In this document: one piece after another, positions 38,872-50,564 of the stretch
Numbering within the stretch: the first letter of the stretch is position 1
Layout of the letters: every line of letters starts with the position of its first letter
From: Chiloscyllium plagiosum
Taxonomy: Eukaryota
DNA: 64,000 nt
Direction of reading: 5' to 3'
Assembly (NCBI RefSeq): GCF_004010195.1
Contig: NC_057717.1
Span: forward strand, 105,917,804 to 105,981,803
The notes under the pieces: generated by a model
Database searches by the model: none
The model's input: the letters and a program-made list of their open reading frames with translations, nothing else
What the model was told of the DNA's origin: nothing
Translations under genes and position numbers: made by a program

Positions 38872-41094
38872 TTCTGTCTTGAATAACTGAGAAATTATTG
38901 TTTTGTCTTCCGTCTCCCCTACCCCTCCCAGTCAGTATCCACCCGTGGAACCCCTGTCCTTGGTGTTCAGCAGCAGGGTACTTTCCCAATGTCTGTCTTT
39001 ACCAATGTTCCTGCCTTAACTAACTCCATCGGAACAGATTTGGCATCTCATTGCTGTTTGTGTGCGGAATGCTGTATTGTATGGTATAACTACTGTTTAA
39101 GATGCACTTTGAGTTATTTGAGAAATGTTAAGCTGCTATACAATCAAGTTGTTCTTCCTCTATTAATTAAATTGCTGCTTCAGCAGGATTGCACTCTGGC
39201 GCCCTTACTTCCTGAGCACCATCTGACATGCGCTGTCAGTGAGCACATTCATTGTGTGGATGCGGTGTCGGAGGGTTTTTTTTCCAATGAGTTCAGTCTG
39301 ACTCCAACTCAACTCTCTCAGCTGAACTACTTTCATTAATTTGATCAGTAAACAGAATTGATTCAGTATTCCGAACTGGAAAAAGTTCCAGGGATGGTTC
39401 GAGTTATCACTGATACCTGAGAAGGTTGGCTTCTGTCTGCTTTCCAGAAAGATGCCAACTCCTGCTCTTGAGCAGCAGAGGAGTGAGTGTTGGCTGCAAG
39501 GTGGTGTGTGTGGAATGTTTTCCTGATTTCCCCTAATGATAGCGGTGTCTTGATGTCTACTTTTATGGTTTTGTTCCTTGCTCACCAATCCAAGTATGGA
39601 CTCATTGCTGGGATTGCTTCTTGTGTGTGAATCATTGGGCATGTGCAGGCAGGCTATGTAGTTGTGGAAGATGTCGCTGTCTGATCTTTAACAATGGAAG
39701 AAATCAGGAAAGGGGCAAATCCCTTCTCTCCCCACCATGATTCTAAGAGCTATTGAAATCATGACCTCCCTGACTCAGCCAGCATCTTTACCCCTCAACT
39801 ATTCGGAAGCTTTCCTGTCTTTGTTTGAAGAGAACTCTTTGCATGACTCGATGAACTCACCAGTATGGTCATTGCTGGGTTGGCTGGTCTTTGTGCTCCG
39901 TGTCACCTGGTTACAGATTTGCAAATGTTGTAAATCAAATCCTCCAGAACTAATGAAAAGAAAATCAAGTGAGCAATTTATCTTGAGTTTTTGCTGTACT
40001 TGCAATATTTTATTTCCAATTCCTAGCTCTGAAATGAGAATGGACTTAGCTTGGAATGAGCAGGGATTTGAGATTGATCTTCTTGATGGCCCCTGCTTTG
40101 TCTGAGAGGAGATTGAATTGTTGGTGTTGTAATGGTGTTTGTACTCTACTGTCACTGAAATCTGTTCATTGATGTTGTGCATGTACTACTGAAAGTAACT
40201 GTTCCAACATTGTTGTTTTAGTAAGGCCTGTGTCGATTGATTGATTGTATCCAAATTAATTTCTAGGTCCCTTAGTGCTCAGTGCTTAGATTAGATTACA
40301 AGAAGTAAATCAGCCAGGCTCTCTTCCCAAATGCTGCACAGTAACTCTGCTGGAACATACATGAAGCTTCAGGTGAGGATCAGCACCAAGTGGTCATACA
40401 CGTGGGTGAGGTTTCCCAGAATGGTTGGCACAGAAGCAGACCTCAAGTGGGTCAGTAGCTTCAGAAGAGAATAGAAGGTGAGAGGTTAAAATGAGTTCTG
40501 CATTTATCCTTCTGCAGCAGTGTTCCCTTCAGACCGAGGAGGAGGTCTGGACTCGGCCCACTTCAGTTCAGCTTTTGGTGGACCTTTTCCCAAACATAGA
40601 ATCAACACAGGCCTTCCTAAAACAGTGTATTCTGCAACCAGTCACAATACTGTTTGACCAGACACCTTTTCACTATGGGATTGGAGAGCCTCCCAGGTAA
40701 CACTAGTGGGCTTTAACCCTTTGAGGATGTCATGTTTGGTGGGAGATAAGAGAGGAAAAAGTGCCTCTCCCATTGTCCTTAAAAATTTTGAAGCTGATGG
40801 GGAGAGTGGACCACTCTGTCATGTCCCTAAGATCACTGCTGTGCACTGTAGTCCCTTTTCACATGACATGTAGCATTAAAGGAGCAGTGGGATGGTTTAA
40901 ACAGAACTCACTGGAAAGAAGATGTATTTTTCTCTACACGTTTGATTTAATATGAGCATGAAGAGATTTGTGGAAAGGCCTGAAAGACATGTAAATGTCT
41001 GAAATTGCAGTATTTTCAGATCTATATTACAAGTGATAACCACATTCCTCAAGAGGCTAAAGCACCATTTCTTTCTAATTTATTTTTGTTCAGA

Positions 41095-41136
41095 AATAAA
41101 CTGTTAACTTGAAGCTGCTTGGCAGTTTGAAATAAA
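41095..41136 (+). terminator. Candidate distal ATG4D polyadenylation signals (AATAAA at 41095 and 41131)
   Basis: Paired AATAAA followed by a T/GT-rich tract (~41171) at the end of a long repeat-poor stretch. Confidence 0.45.
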
Positions 41137-44028
41137 TGAAAGTAGGTACTTGACAATCCCTATACCCCAGCTTTTGTTGTTTTATTGACACACTTGAGAC
41201 CTAAAACAATCTAACCAAACCATGTACTGACCATCGTCATATTGTGATAAATAATCCAAAGAGATGTGGTGAAGGAAGTGCTTAATAAGTTAAAGTATGA
41301 TCAGATACATGGGGCAGCAAAGCAAAGGACACGTGTTCAGTGTATGTTAAAAGTCCTCTGCATTTTCTGTGCTGAGCAAGTCAACAATCTACACTTGGTT
41401 TTGATTTCTGAAGTTTAATGAGATTTGGAGATTTATTCTGAGGTGTGGGGGGGCGGGGGGGGAAGATCACTGGGAAGTACATGGGCTCTGCTCCAGGGGA
41501 AATCCCCTGAAATTGTTACAGTTCAAAATAAGACCACTAAATTCTCATAAGATTTAGCCTTCATTGCCTTCACTTCTGAATCCTGACTCCAACATGTGGC
41601 AAGCTATTAATTCTCAAGGTTTCCTCCCGAGTTCTGACAGTCATCCAACTGCTGAGCAGCACAGAATCCATCATTCAAGTGCTGTGCAGTAGCATTTAAC
41701 TATTGCCCATTCCTAACATGGAGTCTGCCCCTGTTTCTCTCTCTTCAACCTCAGTGATCTCTGAACTGCTCAGAGTCAAAACTAAAAACAAACTTGTAAT
41801 CAATCCTTCCATTGCAGGGTAATGTTGCCTGTTGCATGAATGCTCCCACTCATACACTGCTGGCTATAAGTCTGCAGATGCATTCCAGTGCAACCTTGCT
41901 TAATAGAAGTGTGGCCTCTGGGAGAAGTGGGGTTAGGGGCAGACCAGAAAAATCACCCAAAAACCTAACACAGTACAGCACAACCTGAATGTTCTTGTCT
42001 CAGGGCAAGCAATGAACTCTCAGTATTTTAAATTTTGATATGAAACTGTTCAATGTATGGTACTGTCCCCCTCACGTGCTCAGACAGCAGCTGACATCAG
42101 TGCATGCGCTGAACAAAGCATGCAAAATGATTGCTGGAATTGTGCTATTGCGAACAGAGGTAAGTGTTCTCAAATACCACTCCCACGTTATAGCGAAATC
42201 TTGCTGCCGAGACACACTTTTTATATGAGAACTACCTGCAAAGTAGAGGATTTCAGGACTAATGTAATCAAAGACCCAACTTGGAACAAATGATGGGGAA
42301 TGTGACTGTACATGGTGATCCATGGTGAGAATGGGTTACCTGACCGGGTGATCAAGGACCTTGGGTGTCACCAACCAGAAACCTGCATATTGCAGAGGGA
42401 GTGTTCAGGTAAGATCAAATGAGATGCAACTCTGCCTCCAGTCTGTGATCATTGAACATGATTGAACCATTGCTTTTTACAATCCTGAAAATCAGTTTGT
42501 GGATCGGGAAAATCAAATTGGCAGAGTTTGCCATGAGGAAAAATTCATAGTGTATTTGGGACAGTTTCCTGAAATAATACGCTGGAAATTCGACCAGGGG
42601 TCAGGCTGTTTTGGATCTGGAGCCAGCTTTAATAAATAATCTTGGTAATAGAGGCAGATAGGCCAGAGGGGGTGGAGTTGCCTTGTTAGCAAGAAATGAA
42701 ATTTAGATCAGTAGCAAGAAGTGATATAGTCAGAAGGTGGAGAATCTGTGGGTAGAGCTGAGGAACCAAAAAGGGGAAAAGACCCTGACTGGAGTTACTT
42801 AACTGCCTCCTAGCAGTGGTCAGAATGTGGGAAAGTAAATCAGGAAATAGGAAAGGCATGTAAGAAAGACACTGTTACAATCATGGGGAACTTCAATGTG
42901 CAGCTGGACTGGGAAAGTCCGGTTGATAGCAGATACCAAGAAAATGAATTTGTGGAATGTCTACATTGCTTTTTTTTCCCTGGAGCCCACCAGAGAAAGT
43001 GATTCTCAATTTGGTGACATAATGAGGGAGCTTAAGGTGAAAGAACCCGAGGGGGCAGTGACCGTAAAGTGATCGAACTCGCCCTGCAGTTTGAGGGAGA
43101 AGCTGGAATCAGTATTACAATCTGAGTCAAGGTAACTACAAAGACACTAGGGAGAAGTTGATTGAGAAAGGGAGTCTAGCAGGGAAGATGGTGGAGCAGC
43201 AATGGTTTTTGTTTTGTTTTTTTGCAGGTAATTTGGGTGGCAGAACAGAAATTCATCCCAAGGAAGAAGAAACATACTGGTTGGGGGGGAGAGGATGAGG
43301 CAACCATGGCTGACTAAGGAAATCAGGGACAACATAAAAACAAAATAAAAAGCATACCATTAATCTTCAGCAGATGGTGTAAGACAGGATTGGGAAACCT
43401 TTAAAATCCAGCAGCGAATAAGTGGGGGGGAAAAAAGCAATGGGGTGACAGAATTAAATATAAGTAAGCTAGCTAGTAATAGGAGAGAAGATTGCAGCTG
43501 TTTCTTAGATTTATGGAAGAGTGGACATTAGGCCATTGGAACATTAGGCTGGAGCAATCGTAATGGAGAGCAAAGAAATGGCAGAGGAACTCAATAGGTA
43601 CTTTACATTAACTTTCAGAGTAGGGGATACCAGCAGCAAACCAGAAATTCAGAAGGGTTGGATGCCATAACAGTGCAGAGGGCATCTTCAGGAGAAGGTG
43701 CTGGGGAAGCTGATGAGTCTGAATATGGATAAATTACCTGAACCAGACGGACTATACCCCATAATTCTGAGAGGGGTGGTTAAGGCACAGTTTTGTCAAG
43801 TGGAGGTCATGACTGACAAAGCTGTTAGAATTCTTTGAGGTGATAATGAGCAAGTTAGACAAAGAACAGCCAGAAGTTGCTCAATAAGATGAGTCCATAG
43901 TGTTCAGGGCAAGGTACTGAGGATTGGATAACTGGTAGAAGGCAGAGATTGGTGATAAAGGGGTCGTTTTCAGGGTGGCAACCAGTGACCAGTGGAATTC
44001 TGCAAGGCTCGTGTTGGGACTACCACTA

Positions 44029-44452
44029 TAGTAGAACCTCGATTATCCAAGCAAGATGGCCGAGAGGATTTTGTTCAGATAACCAGAAACGAGCAGTAAT
44101 TTGAGTGCCGGTCATCCCAACACCTATTAGTTTTCCAGCAATGCATGCCATAAATGCTGTTTAACTGATAACTGGTCTATCATTCCTGAAGAAAGGCTTA
44201 TGCCCGAGACGTCGATTCTCCTGCTCCTTGGATGCTGCCTGACCTGCGCTTTTCCAGCAACACATTTTCAGCAGCTATCATAACTGACACTCGAAATACT
44301 GCTTGTTTATCAAACATTTCTTGGTTATCCAGCTATGCATGCCATAGTGACATTTAACCGATAACTGAATGCTGAGTTGCCTAATGCTGTCTTCATGGGA
44401 CCTTGAGACTTTGTTTAGGTCATCTGAAATTCAGATAATTGAGGTTCTACTG
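44029..44452. mobile_element. Tc1/mariner (Tigger/pogo-like) non-autonomous MITE
   Basis: TIRs (t)agtagaacctcgattatccaa / tcagataattgaggttctactg, flanked by TA on both sides. Confidence 0.8.
44181..44272 (+). mobile_element. Short Penelope pLTR-end insertion (family A) with mutated hammerhead (GAGAC)
   Basis: cattcCTGAAGAaaggcttatgcccGAGACgtcgattc...cagcaacacattttcagc; ctatca on both sides. Confidence 0.8.
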
Positions 44453-45490
44453 TAGTCTTGTAAGACATTAAGGTCTGGATGAAGGAACTGCAGATGAGAA
44501 AAGATAGTTGGAGGGACAGGTAGTGTTGAGAAGGTGGGAGGCTGCAGAAGGACTTGAACAGGCTAGGACAATGGGCAAAGAAGTGGCAGATGGAAATCAA
44601 TGTGGGAAAGTACGGGTTTATGCAGTTTGGTTTGAAGAATAACGGCATAGACTTTTCTAAATGGGGAAAGGCTTTGGAAATCTGAAGCCCAAAGTGACTT
44701 GGGAGGTCTAATTCAGGATTATATTAAGGCTAACTTGAGGTTCAGTTGGTGGTTAGGAAGTAAAATGCAATGTTAGCATTAATTTCAAGAGGGCTAGGAT
44801 ACAAGAACGGAGACATACAGCTAAAGCTTCATAAGGCTCTGGTGTTTGGAATATGGTGAGCAATTTTGAATCCCTTATCTAAGTAAGCCTTGGAGGTATC
44901 CAGAGGAGGTTTACTAGAGTGATCCAGAACTGAAGGGCTTGTCATTGAGGAGCAGTTGAGGACTGTGGGTCTACTCTGGAGTTTAGAAGGATGAGAGGGG
45001 ATCTCATTGAAACTCAGAATACTGAGAGGCTTGGATAGAGTGGACGTGGAGAAGATGTTTCCACCGATACATCCCAGAGTGAAGGGATGACTCTTTAGAA
45101 CGGCAATGAAAAGGAATTTCTTCAGAGGGTAGTTAATCTGTGGAATTCATTGCTGCAGAAGACTTTGGTCAAGTATTGAGTGTATTTAAAACCAGGATAG
45201 CCTTACTAATCAAGGGCTGTGGGGAGAAAGGTGGAGAATGGGATTGAGAAACATTAGCCATGAGGAAATGGCACAGTGGACTGAATGCCCTATTTCTGTT
45301 CCTGTGTCTTATGGTCTTATATCTTGGGGGACAGTGACCATAGCGTGGTAGAATTTAGCATTCAGTTTTGAGTGAGTTACCTTGGTTAGAAACAACTGTT
45401 AGCAAATAAATTATGTACAAACAGGAGTAGATATTCAACCCCTCAAGCCTGTTTTGCCATTCAAGATGATCATGGTTGATCTGTAGCCTA

Positions 45491-45583
45491 GAGCTGAAAA
45501 TGTGTTGCTGGAAAAGCGCAACAGATCAGGCAGCATCCAGGGAACAGGAGAATCGACGTTTCGGGCATAAGCCCTTCTTCATA
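45491..45583 (-). mobile_element. Short Penelope pLTR-end insertion (family A), 9-bp TSD
   Basis: TSD tgtagccta at 45482-45490 and 45584-45592. Confidence 0.85.
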
Positions 45584-45784
45584 TGTAGCCTAACTCCATA
45601 TACCTGTCTTTAGCCCATATTCCTGAAAGTCTTTGCTTACCAAATTTATCTCTGATTTAAAACTAACAACTGATTTAGCATCCATTGACATTTGTGGAAG
45701 AGAGTTCGAAACATCAACCACCCCTTGTGTGTTGAAATGCTTCCTAACATCTCTCCTGAAATGTGTAGCACCAATTCTCAGGGT

Positions 45785-48560
45785 AGTCTTGAGGAGGAGT
45801 TTGTTGAATGTATCTGTGATAGTTTTCTTGAACAACACGTAATGGAACAGATGAGGGAGTAAGCTATCATATATCTGGTCCTGTGTAACGAGACAGGAAT
45901 AATAAATGACCTCATAATTAAGGATGCTCTTCGAAGGAGCGATCACAGTATGGTTAAATTTTGAATACAGATGGAGTGTGTAAAGATAAAATCCAATACC
46001 AGGATCCTGTGCTGACACAAGGGAGACTACAATAGAATGAGGGAGGACTTGACTAAAGTAGTCTGGAAACAAAGATTTGATGGTGGGACAGTTGAGCAGA
46101 GGAGGCCTTTCAAAGCAATCTTTCAAAGTGCTCAGCAAAAGTATATTCCAGTTAAAAGGAAAGACTGTAAGAGGAGGGGTAATCTGCCATGGGTGTCTAA
46201 GGAAATAAGGGAGGCTGTCAAAGTGAAAGAGAAGGCATACAAAGTGACCAAAAGTAGCAGGAATCTAGAAGATTGAGAGAGTTTTAAACAGCCACAAAAA
46301 AATGCTATAAAGAAAAGTAAGATAGAACATGAGAAAAAACTAGAACAGAATATAGAGACAGATAGCAAAAGTTTCTCTAAATATATAAAAAAAAGTGGCT
46401 AAACATTGGTCCTTTAGAGGATAAGAAGGGGTATTTTGTTATGGGGTATGATGAAATGGCCAAGACATTGAATGTGTGTTCTATTTCGGTCTTCACAGTG
46501 GAGGACACTAAAAACATGCCAGTAATTGACAAAGGTAGATGAGGACCTGGAAACCATCATTATTACAGAAGAGCTTGTGTTTGGTAAGCTAACGGAGCTC
46601 AGGGTAGACAAGTCTCCTGGCTCTGATGGAATGCATCCCAGGGTACTAAAAGAGATGGGGGGAGAAATAGCAAGGGCACTGGTGGTAATTTTCCAAAATT
46701 TGCTGGACTCTGGAAAACTGCAAATGTGATGCCACTGTTTAAAAAGGGAATTATAGACCGGTTAGCTCAACCGCTGTAGCAGGGAAGATGCAGCATGGAC
46801 TCACGAAAGGCATGTTATGCTTAACTATTTTGGAATTCCTCGAAGGTGGACAACAGGGACCCAGTAGATGTGGTGTACCCAAATTTCCAAAAACATTTGA
46901 CAAGGTGCTGCACAAGAGGCTGCTGCATAAGATAAGGATGCAAGGCATTATGGATAAAGTATTAGCATGGGTAGAGGGTTGGCTGACGAACAGGATGCAA
47001 AGAGTGGGGACAAATGCTAACCACAATGGCACTCTATCAGTAACTAGCGATGTGCCTCAGGGGTCGGTTTTGCACCACAATTATTCACAATTTATACAGA
47101 TGATTTGGAATTGGGGACCACATATAGTGTGTCAAAGTTTGCAGATGACACTAAAATGAATGGAAGAGCAAAGTGTGCAAAGGGCTGAAACTTTGCAGAG
47201 GAACATAGATACTTTGTATTCCATCTGCCAGACCTTTGCCCAATGTTGATAAATGTGAAGTAATCCATTTTGGGAGGATTAACAGCAAAAAGGATTATTA
47301 TTTGAATGGTAAAAAGTTGCAGCATGCTACTGTGCAGAGAGACCTGGGTGTCCTTGTGCATGAATCACAGAAGGTTGGTCTGCATGTACAACAGGTAATT
47401 AGGAAGGCAAATGGAATTTCATCCTTCATTGCTAAAGGGTTTGAGTTTAAAAGCAGGGAGGTTATGTTGCAGCTGTACTAGGTACTGATGAGGCCACACC
47501 TGGAGTAGTGTGTGCAGTTTTGGTCTCATTTGAGAAAGGATGTACTGGCACTGGAGGGGGTGTAGAGGAGGTTCACTAGGTTGATTCCAGAGTTGAAGGG
47601 GTTGGCTTATGAGAAGGGACTGAGCAGACTGGGATTATATTCATTAAAATTTGGAAAAATGAGGGGTGGATTCTTATAGAAACATGAAATTATGAAGGGA
47701 ATAGATAGAAGTAGAGAGGATATTTCCACTGGCAGGTGAAACTAAGACAAGAGGGCATAGCTTCAAGATTAGAGGGAGCAGATTTAGGATTGAACTGAGA
47801 AGGAACTTCTTCACCCAGAGGATTATAGATCTATGGAATTACCTGCCCAGGGAAGTAGGTGATGCTATTTCAGTAAATGTTTTTAAAGCTAAAGTTTTAA
47901 AACCTTGACTATTCACCTTATGTATGTCCACGATTTTATAAACCTCTATAATGTCACCTCTCAGCCTCCAACACTCCAAGAGGCCTTAAAAAGCATAAAG
48001 GTAAATAAATCTCTGGAAACTAATTATGTATACCAGGACATTTTGGGAAGGTAGGGAATAAATTGCAGGGGTCCCTAGCAGAGATATTTGCATCATTGAT
48101 GGCCACAGGCAAGGTGCCGAAGATTGGAGGGTGACCAATGTTGTAGCTTTATTTAAGAAAGACTGCAAGGAAAAGTGAGAGAACTATAGACCAGTGCCTC
48201 TGACATCCATGATGGATAAGTTGTTCTTAAATGCATTTGGAGAAGTAGGGACTAATTACGGATAGTCAACATTACTTTGTTTGTAGGAAATCATGTCTTA
48301 CAAACTTGAGTTTTTTTTGAGGAAAATAATAGAGGGCAGAGTTGTCTCTATGGATTTTAGCAAGGCCTTTTGACAAGGTTCTGCAATGGTAGACTGATTT
48401 AATAAAATTTAAGTTAGATCACATCAGATCCTGGGAGAGCCAGCTGATTTGGATATGAAATTGGCTTGACTCTGAGACAACGGGTGGTGGAGGGTTGTTT
48501 ATCAGACTGGAGGCCTGTGACCAACTGTGTTCTGCAAGGATGGTTGCTGGGTCCACTTGT
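45785..48560 (+). mobile_element. CR1 LINE ORF2 fragments (two elements), preceded by a minus-strand CR1 3' end at ~45405-45780
   Basis: KSPGSDGMHPRVLKE, FDKVLHKRLLHK, DVPQGSVL, NVDKCEVIHFG motifs. Confidence 0.88.
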
Positions 48561-50564
48561 TAATAAAGTAGCGGAGCAAATACATTAGTAACTATACTTG
48601 AGAGAAATAGTCTTTAAGGGAAGTCTCCACCTGATTGGTTGATTCCCAGGATATTAAAGGAAATACCTGCAGCAAAAGTAGCTGCAATGATAGAAATCTT
48701 CCAGAAATCCTTAGAATCTGGAAAAGTCCCGGAGGATTCTGTTTGATTAAATTATGTATTTTTAAAAATTATTACATCCCTTACTGTTGTACAGTTATGT
48801 ATTTTAATTTCCTTTTGTACTTAATTTCCTTTTTGAATAAGTATATCAGCATGGATTGGGATAGAAGTAACATTTCAAGATGGCAACATTTATCAAGTAC
48901 ATAAATGGGTCTTGCTAAAACTAAAGAAAGCAATAGGTAGATTTCAAATATGGGGGGTATTCACTAAAGAGAAGAGGTTATGTAGGTTGGGGTATACTCA
49001 TTGGAAGTGAGGAGTGACCTTATGGATCCATACAAAATTATTGGGGGAACTTCCAGGGTAGATGTAGAGAAGTTGGTTCCCCTTGTGGGCTGGTCTAGGA
49101 CCAGACAGCATCATCTCAGCGTCAGGGGTTGTCTACTCAAGATAGAGACCAGGAAGATTTTGTTTTCTCTGAATCAGCTAGGATTTCAAGCTGCATTATC
49201 AGAAAATGAAATGTCATACCAGAAACACTAACTTTTTTTTCTCTCCACAGATGTCTGCTGTCTTGCAGTGTAGTTGTAACCATTTATGTTTTTATTTGAT
49301 TTCCAGCATTCACAGTATTCTGCACATGTATTACCTGTGGTTTACCTACCATTGTAAATGATCGTGTACCAAACATCATCATCAGCAATCAAAACCAATA
49401 CAATAACAGCAGCCTCAACTGAGTTGAGGGTGAGGGTTGCTGTTGTTGTCGAAGTGTACCACACAGTTCAGTGGAGCGGTACCCTCTGCTTGCTGGAGCA
49501 GTGCGATCTGCTTTCAGCTGGTGATTGTGTTGTAATCAGGAAATAAAGCAAAGTTGCTGCTGGTAATTGCCTAGCTCATGTCTCGAGCTGGTAGCTGTCT
49601 ATTGTAATCCTCTCTCTGTGGTTCACTGGCTGTCAATTGTTGTGATACTTGCCTCAGAAAGGATGTCACTTGGACAAGTTCCCTGGGCTGTGCTACCGAG
49701 AATTTCCAGGGGCTACTGAGAGGGGAAAAAAAGGTTCCCAATCTGCTTGCACTTTGTCTTTCTCTCTCCTGAGCAAACATTTTGATGGAAATAACCCTGC
49801 CTTCCTGCAAACTTGGAAAACCTTTAACATCTCACTGAATAAAAGAGTGCTTTGGGATTTATGTAATTAATTTTATTAAAGCTTGTGGTTCCTGGTCTGC
49901 CTTTTGCATCTGTTTGGGATGCTGTTCAGGCAGCTGGGTCATTGGGTGATGGTATTCCCAGCAGTGGATATCAGAAGTTATTAGATGGTTTTTACCATGT
50001 GTCAGTCTAAAGAGAAAATAAAAGGATGGAATTAGTTAGGAGTCAAATCAGAATTTTCCAGGCTGATTGAGCAATGCTTACATTCTCAGCTCCCTCTTTC
50101 TACATTGACATGAGTTTGTGAATGGGACATGGACTGCAGAAACAAGCCTGGCTAGTGCCAAGGCTGTGTTTCAGTGTCACTTCCCCAACTGTATCAGATT
50201 AAATCCAGAATGAACCAGATTGCTTTGCAATGTCCTTGTCTTAAATCAGGTGACAAAGCAAGTGATGTTGGAGTGGGGATTGGACCTTAATCACTTAAAA
50301 TTATTGCTGTCCTGTGTTAATGATCTGGGCTATGGCTTTCATGCAAAGGATTGTCTCTTGGGATTGCAGTGCTAGTGCTGGGGGAGTGAGTGGGATTAGG
50401 TCAGCTCCACGATGATGCTTTCCTGGTTGCTGTTCCCTTTCAGACACAGAGCCAGCTGTTAAACTCCAGCACGTAGTGGAGCTGTTACACTGCACCAGGT
50501 GAGACCAGCGCTTTACCTTCCTAATGCCACATCACTACAAAGCACTTAACCATCATGAAGTCCT

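Larger units (their letters stand above)
42625..45320 (+). mobile_element. Degenerate CR1 LINE hosting a nested MITE and a Penelope insert
   Basis: Scattered endonuclease, RT and 3' CR1 motifs (atcatggggaacttcaat; ctgcagaaggacttgaacaggctagg). Confidence 0.8.

Noticed and set aside
49232..49325. Strong splice acceptor tttttttctctccacag
   Set aside because: Part of an old pLTR-like repeat (ctctccacagatg...ttccagcatt), also seen reversed at ~21430-21520. Its hammerhead core is too degenerate to call.
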